The notes: generated from the letters alone by a model not told the origin. 64,000 nucleotides of DNA from Minutocellus sp. GHC0000111 (GCA_977018835.1 OZ361256.1:3534001-3598000); one strand, 5' to 3'; shown: positions 48,807-61,056, numbered from the stretch's first letter. A program made the numbers and translations.

Positions 48807-51800
48807 TCATCGCCCGCCTGGTCTCTTGGCCTTCTCAATCGCTTCAGCTTCTTTTTGCTTCCATTTCTGAAGAACGCTATTGGACCCACCACCGCTGGCC
48901 CCGGTATTGATTCTTACAGTGTCCTTGCGAATCATGGGTTCCATAGTCGCCACATTGGCCTCCCTCCCTTTCCACATATTCATAGCACTATTATTATTGA
49001 CCGACCCAGCCGATGGTACGGAATCAGCAACTTCGTTCTTCTCCTCGACTTCTGTAACCTGCTCTTCTTCGTATTCTTCGTAATACTGTCCCTCTTCGCC
49101 ATTCCCATAGTCCTCGTAATATTCATCTTCGTTGTACTCTCCGAAGTCTCCATCGCGTGCCATAATCATGTACGGGAGAACCAGCTTCATCGTCACCCAC
49201 CGTCGAGCGAGACTCTGCACCAAGAGGATACAATCGAGCTTATGAACATAGTCCATTTCAGCTGCAAAACAACGCCACTGAGCTTGAATTTTCGTCGCTG
49301 CTGTATTTTGCTCTGGACTATAAGCGCTCTTGATTTGTTGCTGATGATTTGCGGCTTGAACAACTCGCTGATCAGTTTTTGTGAACACGGATGTATTATG
49401 GACCTTCGTCGTCTCCATCATCTCCGTCACTGGTGCGTCGTTGGCAATATTCGTTACCATTTTACGTTCTTCGAAGGTAGATGACTCAACTACTTTCGAC
49501 TTGCTCTGGTAGACAATATTCGGCTTCGCAGCTTGCTGCTTAGCCTGGGCCTCCCGAGCCTTCCAGGCATTGATCAAACTGCCCTTTCCACCACCAGTTT
49601 CGATAACTACGGGAGCAGTCTTGGCAAAAGACTGGGTCTTCGCTTCGGGTCGAGGGGGGACACTCTTGGTAGCAGTAGTATTGAAAGGAGCTGGTACAGA
49701 CCATGATTTCTGGCTCGCTGGACGAGGTGCAGCTCTTGGCGTTTGTTGATTTTCGGTGGCCAAACTTACTTCGACATATTCAGTTCCTTCCCTTGCCAGC
49801 AATGCCTTGCGCTTTGCAAGGAAACGCCTTACAGCACTCTGCACAATGACAATGCGGTAGAAGTCAAACTCATACTGCATTCGACGAAGATATCCCCGGA
49901 CAGCTTGCTGTATCAGGGTGGCACAGTAATTATCAACGCTCAAACAGTCACGGACCCACCATCCACGGAATGCCGCCTGGATCTTCATAGCGGCTAATTC
50001 ATCCTCGCTAAGATTTGCTCTCGACAAATGCCGAGGCACCGGTCGTTCTTCATGCTGCTGCTCCAGGCCGCCCTGTTCCTGAAGGCACTCATTTTCTGCT
50101 TCGGCAATAGCCGCTGCATCTGCTTCGGAGAGCATACGAGCTTGTTCGTGTGCCTTTGCTAGAATCTTTTCGCGCTTTTGTGCCTCTACTTCTGCCTGTC
50201 GTTGTGCAAACTCCAGCTCTTCCTCTTGTTCCCTCGCTTCGCGCCTGGCGTGAGTGGCATTGATGATGAAGTCCTTCACGGTCAGAGCAGCTTCGTAGCG
50301 AATGGTGGCGGTCTTGTAGGCAAGATAGCGCCTGATAAATGTCTGGATGACAACAGCTGCTACCGCCTCGATGAAACCAAACTCAGCATCTTGGAAGGCA
50401 ATGCGAGGAGTCTCTGGTTTCTCGCGCTTGGATGATGAAGTCGATAGATCAATAACGCGGCCCTTCAAATCTTCTGAGGCCCGTCCTTTCTGAATATCTC
50501 GCTTCGATGGGAGCTTTTCGTCTGGTTCCCATTCAGTATCCTTCTGGAAGGTGAGTTCACCACGAGGCATTCCAATCTCTTCGATGGGGCTCAAGGGGCC
50601 GCTACCACCGTCATGTGAAGATTCAGCCGACCGTTGAGGAGATGTCCGAAGCAGGTCCTCTCCATGTTCTCTCGCTTCTTTCACTCTCCGCTGTCGAATG
50701 GCGTGGGCTTTCTCAATCCTCTTCGCTCTATCTCTCTCTTCCTGTGACTGAGACGTGGGATCAGGAGCCGGTGCTACTGCGGCCGCAGAGTCGATCGCGG
50801 TGATCTGGTCCGAACTGAGAGATACCGGCGATGATCGCGGCGGACGTTGCGTGATCTCGGCATCCAGAGAAAATCTTTGGCGAATCATTGTCCTCGGTAC
50901 TGGATTGGACATCTCGTCGGTGAGCACGCTGTTAGGAGTGGCCGCCCTTACATCCGAGGAGGAATCTTGATTGGCCTCGTCGTAATTCAATTGACGATTG
51001 GTGGCACCAAACGCGGGCTCTCCAGCAACAGATGTTGGCGAGAAAGCGTTCTCTCCAGCAATTGCAGCAGCCGCAGCAGCTGCGGCCGCCTCGTACTTGT
51101 CTTGCGAGAAATCCTTCCTTGAATCGTTCCATCTATCATCCTCTGGACTTTCCCACTGGCCAACAACGATGTTGGGATCATCATTGTACGATGACGCAGC
51201 AGAACCGACAGCAGCATCATTCGGACCAGGACTATCGTAGTACGACGTTGGTGCAGGAGGCGCGCCAAGACGAGGCGAAGGACCTCCCCCCTCTCCCACG
51301 TTGCGACGGTGCGGGACGTTTGGCACCGGATTAATTGAGTATTGGTTGAATAAGTTCTCTCCTGATCTATTCAGCGGCGATGACTGTTGCTGATGGTGAA
51401 AGGAGGTATCCTGCTGCTCCCAGCCATCTCTGCTCCGGGGCGGAGTGGCGCCCTCCTCCTCAACGATTGGTTCCATCACCTTTCCTGCTGTGGACGAATG
51501 GGCAAGAAATGGCCGATCGGCTCTGCGCTTGGGAACAATCTTGGGCCCACTGTTGGCAGATGCAGTGGTAGCGGCAGCGGCACCAGCAGGAGGGTAACCG
51601 TTGTCATATCCCCTCACGGCCGTCTGCGGGGAAGGAAATGCACCCGCAGCGTTGTTGCTACCAGCATGATTACCCATGCCTTCGTAGGAATTATCTGTCG
51701 ACTTTGTAGTACGGGGAAGGGGCAATGATCCAAAGTCGTACCCACCTCGTCCATCGTGGCCATCGTAAGACCCGTCACTTCGGGGAACCCGTCGCTGCTG

Positions 51801-53327
51801 CTGCTGCTGCTGGGATTGCTCTTCGCTCTTGGGCTGATCCGTAGTATCGACACCCTCCCACCAAGGCGTCTGCGTCTGCTGCTGCTGACCATGCTGACCA
51901 CCGGCCAAGTCTCGCTGAGCTAGCATCCGCCGCGGCTGCTGCTGCTGTTGATGCCGAGCAGGGCTAGTAGGAGCAGCGTACGAGGTGGACTCCCCGTCGA
52001 CACTCTCGACACCGTCGTATCCGCCCATTCCGCCCCCACCACGAATACCACCACCGCCACCTCGGTTCGACATTCTGGACGACCCGATCCGCACCAGGCT
52101 GCGCATCCGCTCCCTGGCCAGTCGTCGTTCGTAGGCATTTTCGGTCGTCTTTGGCACGGCATTGGCGCTGCTGCTCTGGTGGTTCCGTTGGCCTTTGCCG
52201 GCGCCGCCACCGCCACCACCGAAGGAATCGGGCAAACCCAGAATCGTCACGTTCGACTTCTTATTGGGGTTGCGCTTGGGATAGTTCTTGGCCGAGGAGG
52301 AAGAGCCCAGCCTGTGTCCGTGACGCTTCTTCAACAGCCGCTGCTGGCTGAGGCCGGAATTCTCGCTCATGTCGTCCCGATCGTTGCCGTAAATTACCAG
52401 CGAGTCGATGTCCGGACCGCCGTTGCCGCCGCCGCCGCCGCGGCCATTTCCACGTCCACGGACGCTGCCCATGCCCTGGATACCCCGTGATGATGCCGCT
52501 GCAGCAGCATTATTCCGAGGTCGGTTTGGATGCTGCTGCATGACGCTGTGGCTGAGGGCGATTGGCTCGTAGCTCTCGGACTGGACCGACGCCCGTGGCT
52601 GACCGTCGCGAGTATGGAGCTGGGCAAGCGACGACCTCGCCGTGCCGACCGGGTGATGTTTGTTGGGTCTCTGCTGCATCATCATCTGCTGTTGCATTTG
52701 CTGCTGTTGCATCTGCTGCTGTTGCATTTGCTGCTGCTGCCGAGCCCTGGCAACCTGCGCCTCGGAAGGATGCACCGTCCGCTGCTGCTGCTGCTGTTGG
52801 TACATGTGCTGTGTCTGGTGCGCTGCAGGTGGCTGTCCACCGCCGCCGCGCATGTAGCTCTTGCGCGGATCGTTGCTACCAGCATTCGCAGAGGCTGCTG
52901 CAGGATTGCTGGTAGCAACAACGCCGGCGGCGCCGCCTCCACGTTCTCCGAGCCTGCTGTTACTGCTGCCGCCGCCGATGCCGCTGCCGCCACTGCTGGT
53001 CCGATAATTCGCTCGACCGGCGCCCCCAGGATCCGACGACATGCCCGCGTCTACTAGGCCAGCATCGAGCTCCTCGTAGATGGAATCAAAGACGGACGGA
53101 GAGGCTGCCGCTGTATCTCCGCGCATCCCTCCCTGGTGGTGGCCGGTACCGCCGTATGAGTACAAATGCTGGTTTTGCGCGGCTGCTGCCGACGCGTTGT
53201 GCTGCTGCTGCTCTTGCTGCTGCTGGATCACCCCCTCGCGTTCCAGCCGCCGCCGTTCGTCGCGAGACTGGCTCAGCATGGTGTCTCTGCTGCTGCCGCC
53301 GCTTCCGGTATTGATATTATGGCTCAT
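48807..53327 (-). CDS. Large low-complexity protein with several IQ calmodulin-binding motifs
   Basis: 1506-aa ORF; IQTFIRRYLA, IQAAFRGWWVR, IQQAVRGYLRR, VQSAVRRFLAK, IQAQWRCF; polyQ/G N-terminus. Confidence 0.85.
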   Translation of the reverse strand: MSHNINTGSGGSSRDTMLSQSRDERRRLEREGVIQQQQEQQQHNASAAAAQNQHLYSYGGTGHHQGGMRGDTAAASPSVFDSIYEELDAGLVDAGMSSDPGGAGRANYRTSSGGSGIGGGSSNSRLGERGGGAAGVVATSNPAAASANAGSNDPRKSYMRGGGGQPPAAHQTQHMYQQQQQQRTVHPSEAQVARARQQQQMQQQQMQQQQMQQQMMMQQRPNKHHPVGTARSSLAQLHTRDGQPRASVQSESYEPIALSHSVMQQHPNRPRNNAAAAASSRGIQGMGSVRGRGNGRGGGGGNGGPDIDSLVIYGNDRDDMSENSGLSQQRLLKKRHGHRLGSSSSAKNYPKRNPNKKSNVTILGLPDSFGGGGGGAGKGQRNHQSSSANAVPKTTENAYERRLARERMRSLVRIGSSRMSNRGGGGGIRGGGGMGGYDGVESVDGESTSYAAPTSPARHQQQQQPRRMLAQRDLAGGQHGQQQQTQTPWWEGVDTTDQPKSEEQSQQQQQQRRVPRSDGSYDGHDGRGGYDFGSLPLPRTTKSTDNSYEGMGNHAGSNNAAGAFPSPQTAVRGYDNGYPPAGAAAATTASANSGPKIVPKRRADRPFLAHSSTAGKVMEPIVEEEGATPPRSRDGWEQQDTSFHHQQQSSPLNRSGENLFNQYSINPVPNVPHRRNVGEGGGPSPRLGAPPAPTSYYDSPGPNDAAVGSAASSYNDDPNIVVGQWESPEDDRWNDSRKDFSQDKYEAAAAAAAAAIAGENAFSPTSVAGEPAFGATNRQLNYDEANQDSSSDVRAATPNSVLTDEMSNPVPRTMIRQRFSLDAEITQRPPRSSPVSLSSDQITAIDSAAAVAPAPDPTSQSQEERDRAKRIEKAHAIRQRRVKEAREHGEDLLRTSPQRSAESSHDGGSGPLSPIEEIGMPRGELTFQKDTEWEPDEKLPSKRDIQKGRASEDLKGRVIDLSTSSSKREKPETPRIAFQDAEFGFIEAVAAVVIQTFIRRYLAYKTATIRYEAALTVKDFIINATHARREAREQEEELEFAQRQAEVEAQKREKILAKAHEQARMLSEADAAAIAEAENECLQEQGGLEQQHEERPVPRHLSRANLSEDELAAMKIQAAFRGWWVRDCLSVDNYCATLIQQAVRGYLRRMQYEFDFYRIVIVQSAVRRFLAKRKALLAREGTEYVEVSLATENQQTPRAAPRPASQKSWSVPAPFNTTATKSVPPRPEAKTQSFAKTAPVVIETGGGKGSLINAWKAREAQAKQQAAKPNIVYQSKSKVVESSTFEERKMVTNIANDAPVTEMMETTKVHNTSVFTKTDQRVVQAANHQQQIKSAYSPEQNTAATKIQAQWRCFAAEMDYVHKLDCILLVQSLARRWVTMKLVLPYMIMARDGDFGEYNEDEYYEDYGNGEEGQYYEEYEEEQVTEVEEKNEVADSVPSAGSVNNNSAMNMWKGREANVATMEPMIRKDTVRINTGASGGGSNSVLQKWKQKEAEAIEKAKRPGGR

Positions 53328-53535
53328 GTGTTGCAGGAGCTCCGTGCCAAACGGAGCTGCGCCTTGGCTCTTGGCCCTCCTGCCTCGCGCACTTCTTTCG
53401 TTTTTATGGTTCCGTTGGACGAGCCCGCACTCAGTTTACGGGCTGAGCCGGCGCGCAAAACACATGAGATCCTCTTTTGGCTACGTACCGTACGTACGAA
53501 CACGTCATTCTCGCAATTGATTCTCGCTTAGGTGC

Positions 53536-53993
53536 TGCTCATTGCTCATTCTCGATGGGCAATCGTCGGCGCCACCGTGCACGTGCCATCGCTGGCGCTG
53601 CCGCTGCTGCGGTGGCAGTATCTTGCCTCGTCTCCAATGTCTGCCCTGCCTCTGCATTCGTTCCGTCACAAAACACCAAGCATGTCGATGCGTCGTTGAT
53701 GAGGCTTCGGGCAAGCAGCAAGCCCACTAACGATGAAAACAACAATGACAGCAACCCATTCGTCACGCTATGGTCGTCTCTTGCCCAGGCCTCACCCTCC
53801 CGACAACCGGCCGTCGAAACAGAAGAACAGCGCATCAAGCGTCTCAAGGACGAACGGCTGGCCGAACTGGCCGAGGGGGAGATCCGTATGCGGATGTTTT
53901 GGCTCTCCTCGCCTCCTCGACTGCTCCTCGATTGCTTTGCTCGTGATAGTTGCGGACGAGCAACGGACAGACTGCTCGACAGATAAGAATTAA
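53536..53993 (+). CDS. Small plastid-targeted hypothetical protein (3' structure uncertain)
   Basis: Signal peptide ending ASA-FVP; probable intron from gtatg at 53886 to ~53948. Confidence 0.5.
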
Positions 53994-54055
53994 TTAGAAG
54001 AGCAGACGAGGCGAAGAGACAAAGGCCAACGCACACAGCCACTTCAACGATCGCA

Positions 54056-54838
54056 ATGCCCTCCCAGCAAACAACAATCAGTCGAGAAGAGAAGGAATTG
54101 TTATCGTCTCTGGGTCTTGGGGATTTGCTGTCCAGCGACAGCACCACATCGGCAACGACCAGCACCCAAAGCCCTCTCGATGCTGGCGGCGAGCAGGATG
54201 CTTCGACCTCATCCCAAGTGCATCCCGCCGTCAAGGCAGGTCTCGCAATTGGGTTCGTGGCAAATCTTGGGCTACTGCTCAGTCTCCCACCGGTCATAAT
54301 GGGCAAGGGAGCTCCGTATCTGCCGACATTCTCTCGATCGTCCAATGTAATGTGGGAGAGAATACGACAAAGTTCCAGCATCCAAGCCCGAGTGAAGCGT
54401 GGAGATCGCCTTACGTTTGTCGACCTTGGGAGTGGAGATGGCCGGTTGGTGTTCCAGGCGGCACGGCAGAATATGTTTGCCAAGAGCATTGGCTACGAGA
54501 TCAACCCGGTATTGCATGCCTTTGCATCCGCCAGACGAATAGTACAAGCACCAATGTATTGGAACAAAACCTCATTTGCAATGCGAGATTTGTTCAAAGT
54601 GCCGTTGCAAAATTGCGACATCGTGACAGTGTATGGGTTGCAGCCAATTATTGAAGACTTGGGAAAGAAGCTACAAGCTGAACTGCGTCCGGGCAGTCTG
54701 GTGGTATCAAATGTCTTTCAAATTCCAGGATGGAGGGCCGAGGGTGCAAGCAAGGACAACGTCTTTATTTACTCTGTGCCAGATTGTTGGGACAAGGATA
54801 CCGGTAGTACGAGGCAAAGGGAGCAACGACGCACATAG
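54056..54838 (+). CDS. FAM173 (ATPSCKMT/ANTKMT)-like class I SAM methyltransferase
   Basis: TM segment then GAPYLPT, FVDLGSGDGRLV, GYEINPVL, KKLQAELRPGSLVVSNVFQIPGW. Confidence 0.85.
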   Translation: MPSQQTTISREEKELLSSLGLGDLLSSDSTTSATTSTQSPLDAGGEQDASTSSQVHPAVKAGLAIGFVANLGLLLSLPPVIMGKGAPYLPTFSRSSNVMWERIRQSSSIQARVKRGDRLTFVDLGSGDGRLVFQAARQNMFAKSIGYEINPVLHAFASARRIVQAPMYWNKTSFAMRDLFKVPLQNCDIVTVYGLQPIIEDLGKKLQAELRPGSLVVSNVFQIPGWRAEGASKDNVFIYSVPDCWDKDTGSTRQREQRRT

Positions 54839-55291
54839 GGGGTAGAGATGCATGTGTAAACATGATGATTTGCCAGTTGGACTGGTCAGCAATGCAAGGG
54901 CGTTTTCATTTTGTTTGTTCAAAATGCATTCAGCAGCAAACATTTTTCTTCCAGCGAGCGATAAGTTTGATCTCTAGAAATCGTAGCAATATAGATAATC
55001 TTCAATCTGGTGCATACCGGTACTTACTTTCGACTGCTATTGTAACCCACACTCAATACATGTACCGGTACATGTAGATCTAGCCGACATGGCGATGGCA
55101 AATTCGGGGCCGGGTGCTTTTCAATCCCGATAACCAGTCCCGGTTTGATTTCGAAGGAAACGCTAGAATTTGCCGATGATCGATGCATTGCGACGATTGG
55201 ATTTGATGAATTGAATTGAATGAATCGAATCGAATCTGAGAAGTAGAATCGTCTATTTCGTTATTGTAAGAAAAGGCCAACAAACAATAGG

Positions 55292-56216
55292 ATGTCCCAG
55301 TCCAGTGGCAAGGACGCCGGCGGCGGCACCGTCAGGAACAAGGCCTTGTCGGCGAATGCCGCGTCCTTCTACCCGTCATCTTCTTCGAGCACCCAACAAC
55401 AAAATTCCCAGTCGTTCACTGGCAGTGCTCCCTCTCCCGGTGCCGCGGCGGCACCAGCACCAGCAGCGGGAGCATCCACAGCGTCAACTAGCATGGTATC
55501 TGGTACCGGCGCCGGCGCCAGTCCCTCCTCCCCCTCCGCTACTTCCCAACAGCAGCGGCAATCACAATCGTCGAGTGCCGCATCGCCATCGTCCAAGCAA
55601 CAGCAGCACCAATCGGCGTGGGGTGGACTGCGCGTCCGAACCTACTCGGCGGGGACCATGGGGACAGCCACAAGCGTCGGTGATACCAGTGCTGCCATCG
55701 ATCACTTCTCCGAGTATCTGTACGACTACGAGGATTACGAGGTGTCCAGTCAAGAGGTGCGGGTGGCCATGGACCAGCAGAGTCAGGAGGGGATGCATCA
55801 GCAGTATCAGCAGGGGCAGCACGATCAGGGTTACTACGATGATCAACTCCGATATTGAGGCCGAGATGGACAGAGATCAGGAGATGGCCGATATGGAGGG
55901 GCTGGTGGTGGCCATGTACGAGACGTCTGGAGTTCGAGTGGGTGGTAGTGAAAATGGCGGTGGTATCGGCAGTAGCGCGCACGAATACTGGTTCCCAGAA
56001 TGTCGGGACTGTGGATGCTGCCGGGGTTACAAATATGGGTGCGTTTGTGTCCAGGGTGGGGTGAATACCATGTGCAAATGCACGAGTGTTCTCGAGAGTG
56101 CCGCCAATGGCACTGCTTCTACTCATGCCGATGAAAAGACGCAAAGTGTTGAATCTTCATCAGCGCTTGCGCAACGAGGTGATGGGGATGCGGACATAGA
56201 TATGGATACTGCGTAG
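55292..56216 (+). CDS. PAM2-motif protein with C-terminal Cys cluster; frameshift near 55840
   Basis: ALSANAASFYP fits the PAM2 consensus; second frame gives NSDIEAEMDR..EYWFPECRDCGCCRGYKYGCVC. Confidence 0.65.
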
Positions 56217-57385
56217 TTAGTTGCAGTAAGGTGATGCCGGGAAATAGATTCTATTCCTTTACTTCTGACATCCTTGGCATCGAGTGCGGCAAGTGCGAAT
56301 TTGGTCAACTCCTTCGCGTCGGCCATAGCTGCCTTGGACACATTGCCTTTCTGGTTGCTGGTCTTCTTCTTCCCGAATCCTGCCCAACTGGACTTGGACT
56401 TTTGGGCTGGAGGCGCAGCAGCTGGAGCAGGTGCAGGAGCTGGAGGTGGGACTGGCTTGGGAACGACGGGGGGAGGAGGTGGAGTGTCGTCAAACGCCAT
56501 GGGTGGCCGGTGGATTCCAGCTGCCGCCGACTTGACAGCTCCGGGAACGAATACGTCTCCGTCACTGTTGTCGTCGTCACCTCCTGGATATGCCGGAGGA
56601 GGAGGACCATTCAATCCAACCTCGGTGCCCTCTTCCTGTGTTTCTTCCTCGGCCTCGGCCTCAGGCTCGGGTTCAGGTTCCGGCTCTGGTGCCGAAGGCG
56701 CTGACGGAGCAAAGCCAGTTTTGGGAGCAACCGGCGGAACAAAGATGTCTGGCGCTTCTTCCTCCTCTTCATTCTCCACTACTTCGCCATCACTAGTCGC
56801 TGGTGCTGCCACCGCCTCTTCCTCCTCCCCCTCTTCCACCCCCTCGTTCTCTTCAGTTTTGTCCTTCTCCAAATCTTCTCCGTAAGCACCTGGCGTCGGC
56901 TTGCGTCCCTCCCGGATGGCCTTCAATATCTCCGTCGCCTTCCACTTGGCATAGACCCTCCGCTCTTCCTCCTCCTTGCTAATGTCCGGGTCGGTCGATT
57001 CGTCGTCAAACTGCTGCAATATCTCAAAGAAGCTGGCCGCGGCGTAGAAAGTTCTCGCCGTGCTCTTGTCGGCCGCGCCAGCTCTATCGACGGCGTTGGC
57101 CCTGTCGAAGATGGTGTCGGCGAATCCGCGGCAGATCTGCTTCGATTCAGCCTTGTTGAATACGCTCATGGCCTGCTTCTCCGACTCCAGCTGTCCGAGC
57201 AGCTCTCCGAGGCACGTCTTGGCGGCATCCGATGACGACGAGAGGGGAATGCCTGTTTGGACCGCCCATTGGCGGCAGTAGTACGCGACTACGCGGCTTT
57301 CCGGTGACTTGTCCTTGTCGAGCTCTTCCGCTCTTTGCACGAATGGCTTGATCTTTTTGAGTTCGGGTGGAATGGAGAGTGGCAT
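56123..57385 (-). CDS. VTA1: Vta1/LIP5 (Vps4 cofactor), C-terminus apparently truncated
   Basis: VVAYYCRQWAVQTGI, FYAAASFFEIL, YAKWKATEILKAIREGRKPTPG, Pro-rich linker, VSL start ADAKELTKFALAALD. Confidence 0.88.
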   Translation of the reverse strand: MPLSIPPELKKIKPFVQRAEELDKDKSPESRVVAYYCRQWAVQTGIPLSSSSDAAKTCLGELLGQLESEKQAMSVFNKAESKQICRGFADTIFDRANAVDRAGAADKSTARTFYAAASFFEILQQFDDESTDPDISKEEEERRVYAKWKATEILKAIREGRKPTPGAYGEDLEKDKTEENEGVEEGEEEEAVAAPATSDGEVVENEEEEEAPDIFVPPVAPKTGFAPSAPSAPEPEPEPEPEAEAEEETQEEGTEVGLNGPPPPAYPGGDDDNSDGDVFVPGAVKSAAAGIHRPPMAFDDTPPPPPVVPKPVPPPAPAPAPAAAPPAQKSKSSWAGFGKKKTSNQKGNVSKAAMADAKELTKFALAALDAKDVRSKGIESISRHHLTATNYAVSISMSASPSPRCASADEDSTLCVFSSA

Positions 57386-57793
57386 TTTGGTCTACCGGTA
57401 CAATTCTTGAAGTGATCAACGACTGAATATCGAACTAAAACGATCGGATTGGATTGGATCGGATTGCCAAGGAGTGGATTGAAGGCGGACAAGCACTGCC
57501 TGGGCCCAAGAATTGGAAAATGCGGATGTGCAGACGGTAGAAGCCTTGCCTTTGAGAATGGTGTTCAGGGTCAGGAAATGGAGACGATGGTCAAGGCAAA
57601 GAACGAGTTGGACTGTTGCGTTGTATCGTTGCGTTGTATCTTGATTTTGCTTGGTCTTGCTTGGTTGCGTTGCGGGAAAATATCGGCGATCGGCGAAGTC
57701 GCGTCGGGCGACCGTCCTCACATCCTCTCATCCCTCACATCATCCCATCCGGAGCATCGGCATCCCATCACTTCCATGATTGAATAAAGTCCG

Positions 57794-60700
57794 ATGGAAT
57801 CGAATCCCTACCTAGTCGGCGACGAGCCTACGCAAGAGGTGGAAGATGAGGTAAGCCCATATTTGTGTCATTTTTCGTATCGTAGGGATCCTATCTTGGC
57901 ACGTTGAATTTATGGATTGCCATGCGGGTCTGTGGCCGAGTGTTCCGAATGATTTTTTTATTGCTCAACCGATATTGCGTCTATTGCTTCGTTACCACTG
58001 ATAGGCCGAGGCAGCCCTTCTATCGGTGCTGGAAGAGCGACGAGATGTCGCTCGCTTCGGTATGCTGGCTCGTGCCGAATCGCAACGCGACGTCCTCCCA
58101 GCGGTAGACCCTCAAGCGGCCGACGTTATTCTTGCTGCCGCTGGCGATAGTGAAACGGCCAAGGGAACTACGCCCCGAACCAGGTTGCCGTCGTTGGGCC
58201 TGTCGTCTGCGTCGAGGGCTCAGTCTGCTTCTGGTGCTCCTGCGTCTCACCACCGTCGTGCCGGCAGCTTCGCGGCAGATACGGTAACCACTGCCACGAG
58301 CGCCGAATCCCGCATGAATCTCTTGTTGGCCGCCAGAGAGAATATGTCGCAAAAGAATCTGGGCATCGACGTTGCCCCGACGACTGGTGGCGGGGGCAGT
58401 GCTGGCGACATTCTCTTTCATTACTGTGGCAATCCCAGTCTCCCCTTCCTCCCCGGCGATTCAGCGCTGTCGTGGTGGCTCATATTCATCACTCGTCAGC
58501 TGCTGACTCTGCAACTCGCTTTTGCTCCGGAATATATCCTCGTAGAGGCCATTGCATGCAGAAGTCCGGTAGCGATCAAGTTGTTCGGTCCGCTAATGAC
58601 CCTGTTTGCCATGCAAGCCAAAGGCTGGCCGTTTCTCATGGCTAGTTGGGCAACATGGGACTTGCTACTGCTTCATGGAGGGCATGTATTTGCCAAGAAC
58701 TGGCTATTTTATTTGGACATTCCCATGCTGTCGGAAGCCAATGGAGACGATGGATTTTTGGAAAGTGAGATTTACCTTCGATCTCTCTTGGCGGCCATCT
58801 TTGCTGCTGGAATCATGACAGCCATAAAGCGCACGTATCTTGCGCTCTACATGGGCAGGCGAACATTCGACCATTACAAGCCCCAGCTGGAGCAGCTCAT
58901 GATCAACATCGTCCTCATTGCGCACATCGCAGATCTTGCCTCGGAGACGGAAACTCCTGAATTCGCTGAAGCCTTGGCGCTCTGCGAGGAATCAACCGTG
59001 CCCTTGTCGCAGAGAGGTAGGGGAAGGGAGAGCATGCGAAAAAGTGATAAGAAGTGGAGTGACATCAAATTCGAGCAGAAAGATAAGAAGAAGGCTCCGG
59101 TTGATGATTCCAGCGAGGAGGGGTCGGTCCGCGAGGAAAGCGAAGACGAAGGCGATGGCCAAAACAAGAAGATGAAGTGGAACAAAATGCTAGATGGCCA
59201 AAGTGTTACCTCTGATGATGCCCCTCGGAGGGAGCCTCTCACTCGCGGGGATATGTCTCCAGGCAGGGGCGTTGTGGGCTCGAATGGAGACATTATTGAT
59301 GCTGAAAATGGATCACCTCCTATGCGAACAATCAGCGCAAAGCACATGGGCGACGGGCCACCTTTTCCACAGCCTGGATATCAGCGTCAAACTAGCTCCA
59401 ACATCAAGATGAAGAATCTGTTGGACAGGTGGGACGAGCCCGTGAACAAAATGGACAAAGCTGTTCCGCCCTCCATTCATGACATCTTACAGTTCAGAAA
59501 AGCGCTCTCTTATCTCGATGATTCCCATCCCTTTTCTGAGTCCTTCGGCCCCTCGGAGACTAGAGACCAATGCATCAAATCGAGCCAGAAGGTCTTCAAA
59601 CGCCTCCTCAATTTCGTGCCGGGCGAAACTGTGCTACCATTCGACGTTATTGGCTCGATTGCCATGGACGAAGATGGTGTCTACGACCGTGACGTCTCTT
59701 TGGCACTCGTCAGATTATTTCGCCCAAACCGAGATGATTGCCTTACAATGCTCAACTTTGTCCAGTCATGCGATTGGATGTACAAAAAAGTGCGCTACCT
59801 TCGAGCGAGTGTCGCCAATAGCACCCTCATTGACCGGGTGCTTGAGCACGATTTTAATGTCCTCTTTTATTTTTTTTCTCGTCTTGATTGTCATTTCCAT
59901 CCTCAACTTTGATCCCTGGAGCCTCCTCTTCTCAATGAGCACCATTCTCGTTTCCTTTGCCTTTGCGTTAGGACCTTCGGCAGCGAAAGCTATTGAAGGC
60001 GTTTTCCTCATTGCTATGCAACACCCATTTGACCTCGGCGACAGGATCTGCATAACATCGGCTACAGGCCCTGAACCGGACCTGTCTCAGAATTGGTTCG
60101 TCGAAGACGTCTCGCTCTGGAAAACAACTTTACGCTTTGCAGCAACAAACGAAGTATCCACGGTAAACAATGGCAGTATCGCAGGCAGTCGAATCATCAA
60201 CTTCGCCCGCTCTCAGAAGGCGCTTGTTACTCTCAATCTCATGTTTCGATCCGAAGCGACCAGCCAGCAAATATCACTCTTCCGGGCAGCTGTTGAGAAG
60301 TATGTCGAAGATAATCCAAGAGTTTGGTCATCCATGGTAGCATTTTTCATTGTGAAGATCGACCCTGACGCGGAGTCTACCGAATATTTGCTGCGGTTTC
60401 AGCACCCGCTCTCAGAAGGCGCTTGTTACTCTCAATCTCATGTTTCGATCCGAAGCGACCAGCCAGCAAATATCACTCTTCCGGGCAGCTGTTGAGAAGT
60501 ATGTCGAAGATAATCCAAGAGTTTGGTCATCCATGGTAGCATTTTTCATTGTGAAGATCGACCCTGACGCGGAGTCTACCGAATATTTGCTGCGGTTTCA
60601 GCATCAAAAGAGTTGGCAGGAAATCGCAACAATACTATTGAATCGTGGCGAGCTACTTCAGTTCTGCCTCACTCTCATGGTGAAACTTGACATAGCCTAC

Positions 60701-60892
60701 GACTCACCAAAGAGTAGGATATCGGTGGAACTCAGTGCTTCGAAGCGTACTGGCGACGATGAAGGATCTCAACTACTGCGAATGGTCCCTTCCTTTCTGA
60801 GAGGAAGTGCCCGATCTACCAGCAGTGGTCTTGCTAGGTCAACGAGTGAACCGGCAAGTCCTCGTCCGAGTCCTCGCGAAAAGTTATCCTAG
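57794..60892 (+). CDS. MscS-like mechanosensitive channel, disrupted
   Basis: Exon 57794-57850, intron to 58004; EF-hand-like LFRPNRDDCL, LRASVANS, HPFDLGDRI, VEDVSLWKTT, RIINFARS; frameshift at T-run ~59870 and a 199-bp duplication. Confidence 0.85.
60206..60603. repeat. Perfect 199-bp tandem duplication in the MscS gene
   Basis: cccgctctcagaagg..ggtttcagca at 60206-60404 and 60405-60603. Confidence 0.95.
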
Positions 60893-61056
60893 CTAGTCTC
60901 ATTTATTTTATGGCAAGTCACATCGTATTTAACATTTAGAATTAAACTTCCTAGCTCCATGTGCTTGCTTGATCTAGCTGCACATAGCTAGTACTAGCTA
61001 GCTAGTAGAGTACCAATGGGTAGGTTTCGCCCTTATAACCCTACATTTACTAAATT

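Noticed and set aside
51740..53230. CTG/CAG repeats and Cys-rich plus-strand ORFs
   Set aside because: Antisense shadow of polyQ tracts in the IQ-motif gene
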